64,000 bases of DNA from an uncultured Gemmatimonadaceae bacterium (GCA_963761305.1 CAVXGK010000001.1:1024001-1088000), one strand, 5' to 3'; numbered from the stretch's first letter, positions 9,564 through 19,815 are shown. A program made the numbers and translations. Notes: a model not told the origin generated them from the sequence alone.

Positions 9564-12242
9564 TCAGGTGTCCTCGTTGAGCGCGACGCGCGGATCGACA
9601 CTCGCGGCGCGGCGGGCGGGGAGAAACGCGGCGACGGCGCTCGTCGCGGTGAGCACGAGGATCGCCGCGCCGTACGACATCGGGTCGCGAGCCGTGACTC
9701 CTACCAGCAGCGTCGACAACAGGCGCGACGAAAGCAGAGCGGCGGGCACGCCGATGACGATGCCGATCGCGGCGAGCGTGAGTCCTTGCCGCACCACGAG
9801 CCGCAGCACGCGCGAACGTTGCGCGCCAAGCGCCATGCGAATGCCGATCTCGTGGCGGCGACGGCCGACGACGTACGAGAGCACCGAATAGATGCCGCCG
9901 ACGGCGAGGGCGAGCGCGATCGCGGCGAACGCCGACAGCGCGAGCGCGATCGTCTTCGCCGAGACGAACGACTGCTCGATCGCCATCTCGGCCGTCCTCA
10001 GGTCGGCGACCGGCACCTCCGGGTCGAGCGCGTGCACGGCGGTGCGAATCTCGGGGAACAGCGACGTCGGTTCGGCCTTGCCGTGGACGACGAACGCGAA
10101 CGTGTCGAACTCCGACGAGCTGTCGATGCGCGTCGTCGGGAAGTAGAGACCGGGAATCATCTCACGGCCGAGTCCATAGTGCTTCACGTCGTGCACGACG
10201 CCGACGACGGTCGACCAGTTCGCCGACGTGTCGCCCTCCGACGCGAGACGCTTGCCGGTGGGATCGGAGATCGTCGGCCAGAGCCGGCGAGCGAGCTGCT
10301 CATTGATCACGACGGGACGATATCCGCTTCGAACGCTCCCTTCGTGTTCGGCGTACGGCCGCCCGTGCACGAAGTGAACTCCCATCGTCGCGAAGTAGCC
10401 CGCCGACGCGTAGCGCGTGAGCGTCACGGGATTCTGTTCGTTGGGACGGAGCGCGCGAGCGCCTTCGGCTTTGTAGAAGTTGCCCCAATGGCACCCGAGC
10501 GGTGGACAGGTGATGAGCGCGACGTGGTCCACACCCGGCTGCGTCTCGAGCCTGCCCAGGAGCGCGTCGTAGAACGCCATCTGCTCCGTCCCGTTGCGGT
10601 ACGTGGCGCTCGGCAGCGAAACGCGAAACATCGCCACGCCGGCAGGATTGAATCCCGGATCGGTGTTGCGGAGCGAGCGATACGCGCGAAGCAGGAGACC
10701 GCCGCCCGTGAGTAACACGATCGCTAGCGCGACCTCGATGACGACCAGCCCGTCGAGCAGTCGGCGGTCGCGATGCGCCGTCGTCGTGCGAGTCACGGCG
10801 GCGGAGATCGTGGCGTGGACGTCGTCACGGCGCAGTTGTAGAACCGGAACGAGCCCGAACAGCAACGCCATCGCGATGACCACGCCGGCCGCGAAGAGCA
10901 TCGTACGCGGTCCGGCCGTCGCCAGCGCCCATGTCGGCACGAACGCAGAATCCATCGCCAGGAACGCTCTCAAACCGATCGCGCCGGCGACGGCACCGAC
11001 AACGCCCGCCACGCTGGCGAGGACGATGCTCTCGGTGAGCAACTGACGAGCGACGCGCCGCGTGCCGGCGCCGAGCGCCAGGCGGATCGCGATCTCTCGG
11101 CGGCGAAATACCGATCGCGCGAGCATCGCGCCAGCCACGTTCGCGCACGCGATCAACACGACGAGCACCGCGCCGAGCGTCAGCGCACGCGCCAGTCCCC
11201 TGAAATCTTCGACGTAGCGGTCGCGCAGCGGCATCACCAGCGGCGACACGGTGTGGGTCGAGTCGCTCGCCAGCCACACGGGCACGTGCGCTTCGTTCAG
11301 GTCCTTCGCCGCCGTGGCGAGCGACACGCCCGGCTTGAGCCGCGCGATTCCGTCGAGATAGTACGAGTGATCCGTCGACTTGGGATTCTCGTCGAGCGGA
11401 AGCCAGAGTCTGGCGCCGTCGGGGAACTCGGCCTCGCGCGGCAACACGCCGACAATCTCGTAGGCCGCGCTGTTGATTCGCAGCGTCTTGCCGAGCACGT
11501 CCTTCGTTCCGCCAAAGCGAGTCTGCCAGAGATCGTATCCGATCGCGACGACGTTGGGTCCCTTCGGCTTGTCCTCGTCGGCGCGGAAAAACCGGCCGAT
11601 CACCGGACGAATTCCCAACACGTCGCCGAGGTCGTAACTGACAGTGGCGCCTTGAACACGCACGGCCGTGCCTTCGGACGCCAGGTTCACGTGCGACATG
11701 CTCCACACCGCCATGCCGGCGAACGAATGCGCGCGGCCGCGCCAGGTGAGGTAGTCGCGGTAGTCGATTCCGGTGTACGTGAGATTCCAGCGCGGCGCTT
11801 TCTCGTTCAAGTACACGAGGCGACTCGACTCCGGAAACGGAAACGGCCGCAGGAAGATCGCGTCGAGCAGCGAGAAGACCGCCGTGTTCGCGGCCACGGC
11901 GAGCGCGAGGGTGCAGACGACGAGCGCCGTCGATCCAGGCTGGCGAGCGAATGACCGAACCGCAAACCGTACGTCCGAAGTCAGTGATGACATGCGCTCA
12001 CCTCGCTGCTGCTTTGGTTGTTGAACTCCGCGACGGTGTTCACGCCACCGTTCGTACGAGATTCGGCGTGCGAGATCGAGCAGCGCCGCCGAACACACGC
12101 GAGCGGACGCGACGAGACCCTGGCGCCGCGCTTCGGCAAGCTCTTCGTCGAACGCGGACTCCATGGCATCGCCGTAGCGCGCGTCGATCGAGCCGGGCAT
12201 GAGGCGGCGCAGCAAACGGAACGCGGGGAGGCCGAGTCGCAT
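9564..12242 (-). CDS. ADOP-family duplicated ABC permease with a second type of N-terminal prefix
   Basis: ATG overlaps the padR stop (TGATG); DVRFAVRS, IACANVAG, EIAIRLALGA, EIGIRMALGA, PARRAASVDP. Confidence 0.92.
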   Translation of the reverse strand: MRLGLPAFRLLRRLMPGSIDARYGDAMESAFDEELAEARRQGLVASARVCSAALLDLARRISYERWREHRRGVQQPKQQRGERMSSLTSDVRFAVRSFARQPGSTALVVCTLALAVAANTAVFSLLDAIFLRPFPFPESSRLVYLNEKAPRWNLTYTGIDYRDYLTWRGRAHSFAGMAVWSMSHVNLASEGTAVRVQGATVSYDLGDVLGIRPVIGRFFRADEDKPKGPNVVAIGYDLWQTRFGGTKDVLGKTLRINSAAYEIVGVLPREAEFPDGARLWLPLDENPKSTDHSYYLDGIARLKPGVSLATAAKDLNEAHVPVWLASDSTHTVSPLVMPLRDRYVEDFRGLARALTLGAVLVVLIACANVAGAMLARSVFRRREIAIRLALGAGTRRVARQLLTESIVLASVAGVVGAVAGAIGLRAFLAMDSAFVPTWALATAGPRTMLFAAGVVIAMALLFGLVPVLQLRRDDVHATISAAVTRTTTAHRDRRLLDGLVVIEVALAIVLLTGGGLLLRAYRSLRNTDPGFNPAGVAMFRVSLPSATYRNGTEQMAFYDALLGRLETQPGVDHVALITCPPLGCHWGNFYKAEGARALRPNEQNPVTLTRYASAGYFATMGVHFVHGRPYAEHEGSVRSGYRPVVINEQLARRLWPTISDPTGKRLASEGDTSANWSTVVGVVHDVKHYGLGREMIPGLYFPTTRIDSSSEFDTFAFVVHGKAEPTSLFPEIRTAVHALDPEVPVADLRTAEMAIEQSFVSAKTIALALSAFAAIALALAVGGIYSVLSYVVGRRRHEIGIRMALGAQRSRVLRLVVRQGLTLAAIGIVIGVPAALLSSRLLSTLLVGVTARDPMSYGAAILVLTATSAVAAFLPARRAASVDPRVALNEDT

Positions 12243-12568
12243 CACGCGTCTCCCGATCGCGCGAGGCGCGTCGCGACGGTTCGCGCCGTGGCGTGAAGAC
12301 GCTCGCCCTCCGCCGCGAGAGCGCGCCGACCAGCCGCCGTGACATGGAACCATCGTTCGTGCGAGCTCGCGGGCGCCTCGTCGGCAGGGCGCTTGTCGAG
12401 CGTTCGAATCCAGCCGTGCTCCTCGAGCTCGTCGAGTGAGCCGTAGAGCGTCGCCGGCCAAAGCTTGAGCTCGCCCTCGGTGAGCTCGAGGACGTCGCGC
12501 ATGATGCCGGAACCGTGGCGGTCTCGTCCGGCAAGGGAAATCAGGATGTACAGCCAGTTTCGTTTCAT
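12242..12568 (-). CDS. PadR family transcriptional regulator
   Basis: ILISLAGRDRHGSGIM...LWPATLYGSLDELEEHGWI...VTAAGRRALAAE. Confidence 0.92.
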   Translation of the reverse strand: MKRNWLYILISLAGRDRHGSGIMRDVLELTEGELKLWPATLYGSLDELEEHGWIRTLDKRPADEAPASSHERWFHVTAAGRRALAAEGERLHATARTVATRLARSGDA

Positions 12569-12590
12569 AGGGCCGAGGATCGGAGGCGAT

Positions 12591-12614
12591 CCATTATAGT
12601 CGACAGTATAATGG
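12591..12614. promoter_or_regulatory. Palindrome CCATTATA-N8-TATAATGG; putative PadR operator overlapping -10 boxes on both strands
   Basis: Perfect 8-bp arms, each containing TATAAT, 23 bp upstream of the padR ATG. Confidence 0.65.
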
Positions 12615-12627
12615 TGCGAAAGGTTGG

Positions 12628-12869
12628 AACGGCACCAGCAAAATGCTCGACGCAGAGACGCCGAGAACGCAGACGAACACTTGAAGTCCGTCCCACCACG
12701 AGCCGGAATTCTTTGGGAACTGCCCCGGGATGCTTCGTGGCATTTCAACTGCACCGGGGCGTCCCGAGCGGTGGTTCCACAGAAAAATCCCGGCTCGTCG
12801 CGGGACGGACTTCTCAAGAGCCTCTGCGTCTCTGATTTCTCTGCGTCCCTGCGTCGAGCAGTTGCCGTT
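12628..12869. repeat. Long imperfect palindromic intergenic element, copy 3 (inverted relative to copy 2)
   Basis: TGCTCGACGCAGAGACG / CGTCCCTGCGTCGAGCA arms; GAAGTCCGTCCC..CGAGCCGG / CCGGCTCG..GGGACGGACTTC inner stem. Confidence 0.88.
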
Positions 12870-12940
12870 AGCCTGCGCACCGCGGAAACTCCGTGGCCTG
12901 GCTAGTTTCCAACTCGACTCGCGCTCTGGAGAACGCTCCG

Positions 12941-13276
12941 ATGGGACTCTTTGACGGCGTATTGGGTGGCATCGTCGGCGCCGGGATGGTGTCGGTCGTC
13001 GGCGACATCCTCGAGAAACACGGCGGAGTGAGTGGCGTCGTGAACCAGTTTCAGAGGCAGGGATTCGGCGACACCGTCAAATCCTGGGTCGGCACGGGAC
13101 AGAACATGCCGATCGCGCCCGACGATCTTCATAGGGCCCTCGGTCCCGACACGATGAATCAGCTCGCGGCCAAGCTCGGCATGACGCCGCAGGAATTGGC
13201 AGCCAAGCTCTCCACCGTGCTGCCGCAGGCGATCGACAAGCTCACGCCGCAGGGCGTCGTCCCGCCCGGACAGTAG
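12941..13276 (+). CDS. YidB/DUF937 family protein
   Basis: MGLFDGVLG...GG.SG.V..F...G.GD.VKSWVGTG.N.PI...LP..IDKLTP.G. Confidence 0.9.
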   Translation: MGLFDGVLGGIVGAGMVSVVGDILEKHGGVSGVVNQFQRQGFGDTVKSWVGTGQNMPIAPDDLHRALGPDTMNQLAAKLGMTPQELAAKLSTVLPQAIDKLTPQGVVPPGQ

Positions 13277-13392
13277 AACAAAGGGAACAGCCACTGCTGG
13301 CCTTTTCGCAGTTGGTTTGCTCCGCGAAATCCGTCCCGTCCGCAAGATCGTTGCCGTACAGTTGTTCGACTGTCAGCCGACGGCGCGAGAAG

Positions 13393-16053
13393 TCAGAGAC
13401 GGCGCAGCGCCTCGACCGGATCGGCGCGCATCGCGCGGCGCGCCGGGACGAGGCTGGCGAGAATCGCGACACACATTAGCGCGAGCGCCGCGAGGGCGAA
13501 TGTGGTCGGGTCTGTGGCCGACACACCGAAGAGCAGCGACCGAATGCCGCGCGTCGCGATGAGCGCCAACACACAGCCGACGGCGGCGCCAGCAGCGGCG
13601 ACCGTCGCCGCGCGGCCCAGCACATCTCGAGCGATATCGGCGGACGTCGCACCCAACGCAGCGCGCACGCCCATCTCGTGCGCGCGCTGGCTGACGACGT
13701 AGCTCATCACGCCGAAGATTCCGATCGCGCCGAGCAAGAGCGTGATCAGAGCAAAACCGCCGACGATGAGTGTCGTGAACCGCGGCTTGGCGACCGACTG
13801 GGAGATGACGTCGTCCATCGGCCGCACGGCGCTCACCGGCACGGATCGATCGATGGACGAGACGATCTCGCGCAGCTCTCGTCCGATCGCCGACGGATCA
13901 GCGCTCGTGCGAACGACGACCGACATCTCGGCCGGCGCGAAGGCGGTGCGCTGGCTGAACGGGATGTAGACCGCCATCGCCGACGTGTCGCGCAGACTGT
14001 CGAGCCGCACGTCGGGCACGACGCCGACGATCGTGATCCACGGACTCGCCCATGGATAGCCGATGCGTTTGCCGACGGCACTCTCGTTGGGCCAGAACCG
14101 GTGCGCCAGCGAGCGTGAGACGAGTGCGACCGGCGGCGCGCCGTCGCGGTCGTCGCCGGTGAACGTGCGCCCGTCCACGATCGGAATGCCGAGCGATGGG
14201 AAGTAGCCGGGCGTCACGGCTTGCACGTGATTGGCCGTCGGCAGTTCGTGCGTCGCGTCCTCGAACTGCCCCTGCACTCGCACGCCCATACCATAGACCG
14301 GTGCGGCGATCGGCAATCGATTGGCCAGTCCGACGCTGCTCACGCCAGGCGTCGCGGCGAGTCGGTCGAGCACCGTCGAGTAGAGCGCCGACGTGCGCGC
14401 TCGGTCGCCGTAGCTCGCCGCCGGCGGACTCACCCTCGCCGTCACCACTCGCTCGGCCCGGAATCCCGGCGAGAGATCACTCAGGTGTTGGAACGACCGC
14501 GTGAGCAATCCGGCCGTGATGGCGAGCAGCACCGCGAGCGCGACCTCACCGGCGACGAGCGTCGACGCCAATCGATGGTGAGCCACTCCGGTGCGAGTCA
14601 GATGCGCCGCGTCGATCGCCGTGCCCCCGCCTGGAGCGCCGCGCGCCGCTCGCAGCGCGGGCAGCAACCCGAACGCGATTCCGGTCGCGATCGCGAGGCT
14701 CGCCGTGAAGGCGAACACGCCGGCGTCCATTCGAATGTCGGTGGTGCGCGGCAAATTCTGCGGCAACGCGGCGATCACCCAACGTGTGCCGGCGACGGCG
14801 AGCGCGAGGCCGAGCGTCGCACCGGCGAGCGAGATGATCACGCTCTCCGTGAGCAGCTGACGCACGAGTCGCCCGCGCCCGCCACCGAGCGCGGCGCGCA
14901 CGGTGAACTCGCGCTCGCGGGCCGTGACACGCGCCAGCATCAGGTTCGCGAGATTGACGCACGCCACGAGCAGCACCACGCCGACGCACGCGAACAGGAG
15001 CAGCAGGGCCGGCCGCCCTTCGCCGACGAGACTCTGCTGGAGAAGATGCGCGCCGACCGTTCGCCCGTAGTCGGCGCCGGGATCCCACAGCGGATTCAAG
15101 CGACGGAACGAGGGAAGAACGCCGGCGAGCATGGTCGCCGCGCGCGCCGATGACACGCCGGGCGCGAGGCGCGCGATCCACCGGCCATTTCCTACGGCCC
15201 ACATCTGCCCCTGATTCGTCGCGTCGTACGTGAGCGGCGTCCAGAATCGCGCGCTCGTGGACGGAAACGCGAACGACGCCGGCATCACGCCCACGACCAT
15301 CGACTGCACTCCGTCGACGAGCACGTATCGGCCTACGATGCGCGAGTCGCCGCCGTAACGCTCCATCCAGAGCGAATGCGAGAGGAGAATCGCGCCGCGG
15401 GCGCCGGGACGGTTCGCGTCGGCGTCGAACGCGTGACCGATCTCGGGTGCGACGCCGAGCATCGAGACGAGATTCGGCGTGATGAAGAATCCGTCGAGCC
15501 GGGCGGCCTCGCGATCGTCGCTGTACGTGACGCTGCGCGGACGAATCATCGCGAGGTCCGACAGCCCGACGTTTCTCTGTCGCAGCGCGAGCATCTCGCC
15601 GATCGATCCGACGACGTTGGCGTCGATCGTCACCAGGTTCTGCGGCTCGCGGTACGGGAGCGGCTCGATCAGCAGCGCGTTGACGAACGAGAAGATCGTC
15701 GCGTTCGCCGCGATCGCCACCGCCATCGTGGCCAGCGCCGTGACGGCGAAGCTCGGCGCCCGGCGCAACGAGCGAAGGGCGAAGCGTGCGTCCTGCCCAA
15801 CGTCGGAGAGCCATTCGCCGCGAACCCGCCGGCGTTCGCGAGTTCGGTCGATCGCGCGCAGCTCGGCGACGACGCCCTCGACGTCACCGAATCGTTCGCG
15901 CGCTGTGTCGCGCGCGAGGTTCGGGTCGAGTCCGGCGCGCAGCGCCTCCTGCTCGCGCATCTGCAGGTGGTGGCGGACTTCGTCCTGAACGTCCTCGGTG
16001 GATCGGCGGCGCACGAGATCGCGGTAGCGGCGCCACATCGGTTCCCTGCTCAT
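13393..16053 (-). CDS. ADOP-family duplicated ABC permease with N-terminal prefix domain
   Basis: ATGA overlap with the padR stop; QDARFALRSLRR.P, VACVNLANL, EMGVRAALGA, PARRAMRADP. Confidence 0.93.
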   Translation of the reverse strand: MSREPMWRRYRDLVRRRSTEDVQDEVRHHLQMREQEALRAGLDPNLARDTARERFGDVEGVVAELRAIDRTRERRRVRGEWLSDVGQDARFALRSLRRAPSFAVTALATMAVAIAANATIFSFVNALLIEPLPYREPQNLVTIDANVVGSIGEMLALRQRNVGLSDLAMIRPRSVTYSDDREAARLDGFFITPNLVSMLGVAPEIGHAFDADANRPGARGAILLSHSLWMERYGGDSRIVGRYVLVDGVQSMVVGVMPASFAFPSTSARFWTPLTYDATNQGQMWAVGNGRWIARLAPGVSSARAATMLAGVLPSFRRLNPLWDPGADYGRTVGAHLLQQSLVGEGRPALLLLFACVGVVLLVACVNLANLMLARVTAREREFTVRAALGGGRGRLVRQLLTESVIISLAGATLGLALAVAGTRWVIAALPQNLPRTTDIRMDAGVFAFTASLAIATGIAFGLLPALRAARGAPGGGTAIDAAHLTRTGVAHHRLASTLVAGEVALAVLLAITAGLLTRSFQHLSDLSPGFRAERVVTARVSPPAASYGDRARTSALYSTVLDRLAATPGVSSVGLANRLPIAAPVYGMGVRVQGQFEDATHELPTANHVQAVTPGYFPSLGIPIVDGRTFTGDDRDGAPPVALVSRSLAHRFWPNESAVGKRIGYPWASPWITIVGVVPDVRLDSLRDTSAMAVYIPFSQRTAFAPAEMSVVVRTSADPSAIGRELREIVSSIDRSVPVSAVRPMDDVISQSVAKPRFTTLIVGGFALITLLLGAIGIFGVMSYVVSQRAHEMGVRAALGATSADIARDVLGRAATVAAAGAAVGCVLALIATRGIRSLLFGVSATDPTTFALAALALMCVAILASLVPARRAMRADPVEALRRL

Positions 16054-16397
16054 ACGGCCACCGGCCGAGTCGTCGACTTGAGCACCTTGCCGACGGCAGC
16101 CGCGTAGCGCCACCAATCACGAGCGTCGGTTGCGAGCTGTTCGCGCCCCTTGGCGGTGAGCTGATAGAACTTGGCGCGGCGATTGTTCTCGGAGGCCCCC
16201 CACGTCGCCTTGACCCATCCTTTGTCCTCCATCCGATGCAGCGCCGGATAGAGCGACCCTTCCTCGAGACGCAGGACGTCGTCGGCCGCATCCTGGATCC
16301 AGCGGGCAATGGAGAATCCGTGTTGCGGTCCCCACGAAAGTGCCTTGAGCAGGAGGAGCTCGACCGCTCCGTGGCGGAACTCGATCGTCGTCGGCAT
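16050..16397 (-). CDS. PadR family transcriptional regulator (acidobacterial type)
   Basis: GAVELLLLKALSWGPQHG...EEGSLYPALHRME..W..SENNRRAKFY; purine-rich RBS upstream. Confidence 0.95.
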   Translation of the reverse strand: MPTTIEFRHGAVELLLLKALSWGPQHGFSIARWIQDAADDVLRLEEGSLYPALHRMEDKGWVKATWGASENNRRAKFYQLTAKGREQLATDARDWWRYAAAVGKVLKSTTRPVAV

Positions 16398-16442
16398 TCG
16401 GCGGCCTCTCCTTGGCATGTCTATGGGAATCGACGTGCTGGT

Positions 16443-16462
16443 TCCCTAGAGTTGACTAGTGA
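16443..16462. promoter_or_regulatory. Imperfect palindrome TCCCTAG-N6-CTAGTGA, putative PadR operator
   Basis: 7-bp arms with one mismatch upstream of padR; a weaker similar site lies at about 16409-16428. Confidence 0.45.
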
Positions 16463-16498
16463 GACACCGGCTGCCGGCGAATGGTTGGGTCGCTACGG

Positions 16499-18805
16499 CT
16501 ACCGGCGACGCCGAAACACGAACGCGACGTCCTGATGTCCGTGCTCGGCGCACGGACCGTCGATCGTTCCCCCGCCCTCGAGCAGGGTCCCGGCGTTCCA
16601 GAGCTCGAGGTCGAGGGCGATGGTCGCCGTGCAGTTGTTCTTCGGCGGGTATACGATCGGGAACGCGATGTGAACCGCGCGCCCGTTGCGCGTCGCGGTC
16701 ACGGGACCGGCAACTCGAAGCGAGTCGATGCTCAGCGTGGCCGACGGCTTCGTCGCCACGTTGCGGAGCGTGACGGCCATGCCGAAATGAGCACCGCCGA
16801 TTCGCGCCTCACCCGCCCAATTTCCGTCGAGCGTTCCTGCGGTCGTGTCCGGCACGGGCGCGCCCCTGCCTGGGAGCGTGAACGCGAGAACGTAGTCGCC
16901 CGACGTCGTGTGCAGCCGATCGTGTCCGCCCGCGGCGATCACGACGTACTGGCGCCCGTTTGCGACGTACGTCATCGGCAGCGCGTTCCCGGCGGCGGGA
17001 AGCGGCGCGCCCCACAGTTCCTTCCCGTTCTCGACGTCGAACGCGCGCAAATGCTGGTCGTAGGTGCCGGCGATGAACGCGAGGCCACTCGACGTCAGCA
17101 GCGCGCCGCCAAGATTGAACGAGCCCAGTCCATGCGGCTCGCTCGAGCCGCGAACGCGGAGTTCCGAAATCGTCCTGCCTTGCCCGGGAAGCGGTGGCAA
17201 ACTGCCAAGCGGCACCCACCACTTCACGCGCCCGGCGTTCAGGTCGATGGCGGTGAGCGCGCCCCACGGCGGCGGTGTACAAATTCTCAAATCCTCACGG
17301 ACCATCGCGTAGGGCGTCCCGGTTTGACGCCCATATTCGACTTCCGGCCGGGCGCTGGCGATGGCATGCAGACTGTCGCGCGGAAACAGGCGCACGACCA
17401 TCGCCAGGCGATTCGTTGGCGCGATGAGCAGGCCGCGGCGTTCGTCGATCGACACGCCCGACCAATTCACGCCACCGAGGTTCCCCGGCCAGATGATCGT
17501 CCCCTGTTGCGACGGCGGTGTGAAGACTCCGTGATAGCGGAGCGACGCGATTCGCCGACGGCAATCGGCAGCGGCGGAATCAGTCACGCCGAATGCGTCT
17601 TTGGCAGAAAGGCTCTCCGGCACGAGTCGAAACGCGGGCGGCGGAAACGGCTGCGTCGGCGACGCTTTCTCTCCCGGCACGTCGCTCGGCGGCACCGGTA
17701 GCTCTTCGACCGGGAACAGCGGCTTGCCGTCGCGACGGTCGAGCACGAACACGTGGCCCATCTTCGTGCCGATCGCGACGGCGGGAATCGACGCGCCGCC
17801 GCGGTGCAGCGTGAACAACACCGGCTGCGCCGGCACGTCGTAGTCCCACAAATCGTGGTGCACGACCTGGAACGACCACAGGAGCGCTCCGGTCGAGGCA
17901 CGCAGCGCGACCACCGAGTTCGCGTACCGATTGTCGCCGAGCCGCTCACCGCCGTAGAAGTCGGGGCTCGCGCTGCCGACCGGTATGAAAACGAGATCGC
18001 GCGCCGAATCCGCGGAGAAAATACTCCAGGCGTTCGCGGCGCCGGTATCGTGCGCCTTCGGTCCGATCCACGTCGCGTAGGCCGGATCGCGTGCGTCGCG
18101 CGGAACGGGATCGAACGACCAACGCAGCGCGCCGGTGCGCACGTCGAAGGCGCGAATCACGCCGTCAGGTGCGTCGATTCTGTGATTGTCCGGCACCGCC
18201 GAGCCGACGATCACCAGATTGCCGACGATCGTCGGCGGCGACGTGACGCCGTACTCCCAGTGAAACTCCGGCTTGTGGCGGAGCCCGACGGTGAGATCGA
18301 CGACGCCCTTGTCGCCGAAGTCGGTGCACGGCGCGCCGGTCTTGCCGTCGAGCGCGATGAGCTGAGCGCTGACCGTCGCGACGAAAATGCGCACGGCACA
18401 ACGCTCGTTCGTACGACCGCCCGTCCAGGCGCCGACGCCGCGGTTGGCGAAATCGCCGAAATCGCCTCCGAAATCCACCGGCCCATCGTACTTCCACCGC
18501 TCGGCGCCCGTCGCGGGGTCGAGGGCCAGCACACTGCCAAGCGGAGTCGACACGTAAAGCGTACCGCGCACGAGCAGCGGCGTGGCCTCGAAACGGCCGC
18601 GTTCACCGAGAAAATCTCCGGTGCGCATGACCCACGCGAGCCGAAGGTCTTTGACGTTCGCGGACGTGATCTCAGCCGCCGGCGAGTAACGTGTTCCGCC
18701 TGCGTCGTTGCCGTACGCGGGCCACTCGGTGGCGCGCGGCGATTGCGCGCCAACCGCGCTGCCCGCCACGAGAAGAGCGACGACGACGCAGATCGCGCGG
18801 TTCAC
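16499..18805 (-). CDS. PQQ-dependent dehydrogenase (glucose/quinate dehydrogenase-like) with extra C-terminal domain
   Basis: W..YG.D.GGTRYSP, EATPL, FQVVHHDLWDYD, GG.NW.G, PMTY..NGRQYV; GTG start right after the upstream stop. Confidence 0.92.
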   Translation of the reverse strand: MNRAICVVVALLVAGSAVGAQSPRATEWPAYGNDAGGTRYSPAAEITSANVKDLRLAWVMRTGDFLGERGRFEATPLLVRGTLYVSTPLGSVLALDPATGAERWKYDGPVDFGGDFGDFANRGVGAWTGGRTNERCAVRIFVATVSAQLIALDGKTGAPCTDFGDKGVVDLTVGLRHKPEFHWEYGVTSPPTIVGNLVIVGSAVPDNHRIDAPDGVIRAFDVRTGALRWSFDPVPRDARDPAYATWIGPKAHDTGAANAWSIFSADSARDLVFIPVGSASPDFYGGERLGDNRYANSVVALRASTGALLWSFQVVHHDLWDYDVPAQPVLFTLHRGGASIPAVAIGTKMGHVFVLDRRDGKPLFPVEELPVPPSDVPGEKASPTQPFPPPAFRLVPESLSAKDAFGVTDSAAADCRRRIASLRYHGVFTPPSQQGTIIWPGNLGGVNWSGVSIDERRGLLIAPTNRLAMVVRLFPRDSLHAIASARPEVEYGRQTGTPYAMVREDLRICTPPPWGALTAIDLNAGRVKWWVPLGSLPPLPGQGRTISELRVRGSSEPHGLGSFNLGGALLTSSGLAFIAGTYDQHLRAFDVENGKELWGAPLPAAGNALPMTYVANGRQYVVIAAGGHDRLHTTSGDYVLAFTLPGRGAPVPDTTAGTLDGNWAGEARIGGAHFGMAVTLRNVATKPSATLSIDSLRVAGPVTATRNGRAVHIAFPIVYPPKNNCTATIALDLELWNAGTLLEGGGTIDGPCAEHGHQDVAFVFRRRR

Positions 18806-18806
18806 A

Positions 18807-19721
18807 CTACGGCTGGTTGCCCGCGACCACCGGCAGTTTGCGCCGAGCCCAATCTTCATAGGATCCGTCGTACAACTTGGCGGTGTAGCCGAGCGAGCGG
18901 GCGACGAGATACGTCATGCTCGCGCGCAAGCCGATCCAGCAGTATGTGACGACCGTGTCGCTCTTCGCGGCTCGCGCGCCATACACCGACGCCAGGGTGC
19001 TTGCATCCTTGAAGATCCCAGCGTCGGGGTCCTGAAAGAATTCCTGCCACTGGAGCTGGCGCGCTCCGGCGACGTGCCCGGCGCTCGGCATTCCATGATG
19101 ATCTCCGCTGCCCGTGTACTCGCCGTCCGTGCGCGTGTCGATGAGCCGGACATTCGGTGACTTGGCGTGCGCCATGATCCAATCCGCGTCGGCGACAAGC
19201 TCCGGGTGCGGGTGCACGACGAGATGTCCTGGTGCGACTGTCGCGACGGCGTCGGAGAGTTGATGTCCCGCGGCGAGCCACGCCGCCGCGCCGCCGTCGA
19301 GCACGGAGACGCGATCGAGTCCCGCGTAGTCGAGCGTGAAGAACGCGCGCGACGCGAGGAGCGGCGTCGCGCCGTAGATCACTACGCGACTGCCGTTGGA
19401 GATTCCCACGCGCGCCAGCACCGTCTGCAACGCATCGGGGCTCGGCAGCTCGGCGTTGTTGCCGTCGCGTTGAATGGCGATGTCGTCGTAGCGCAGGTAT
19501 CGCGCGCCGGGAATGTGGGCGCGGCGGAACGCTGTGTCCGAACGGTCGACGTCGAGGACGACGAGGGAGGGATCGGATGTACGTGCCGCGAGCCACTTCG
19601 CCGAGACGATGATCGAGTCGCGCGGCGGGTGTTGGGCGGCGACGGTCGATGCCGACGCGAACACGATCAGTGCGCTGCTGATCGACTGGACGACACCACG
19701 AAGCGACGGCTCGACGCGCAT
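18807..19721 (-). CDS. Two-domain rhodanese/sulfurtransferase with signal peptide
   Basis: HIPGA, VLDGG..AW, IDTR...EY.G, GHVAGA, active loop YCWIGLRA, LYDGSYEDW. Confidence 0.92.
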   Translation of the reverse strand: MRVEPSLRGVVQSISSALIVFASASTVAAQHPPRDSIIVSAKWLAARTSDPSLVVLDVDRSDTAFRRAHIPGARYLRYDDIAIQRDGNNAELPSPDALQTVLARVGISNGSRVVIYGATPLLASRAFFTLDYAGLDRVSVLDGGAAAWLAAGHQLSDAVATVAPGHLVVHPHPELVADADWIMAHAKSPNVRLIDTRTDGEYTGSGDHHGMPSAGHVAGARQLQWQEFFQDPDAGIFKDASTLASVYGARAAKSDTVVTYCWIGLRASMTYLVARSLGYTAKLYDGSYEDWARRKLPVVAGNQP

Positions 19722-19815
19722 CCATTCATCCTGTTGGCGAATGCCAACGAAGATGCGGCGCGGCGGGCGGCCCGTCGAGTGGCCGAAACCGTGGGCGAGT
19801 CGTCAATTCATCGCC

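Noticed and set aside
13277..13392. Possible fifth palindromic element between yidB and the permease
   Set aside because: Only short GCAGTT and TCCGTCCC matches; no convincing long stem.
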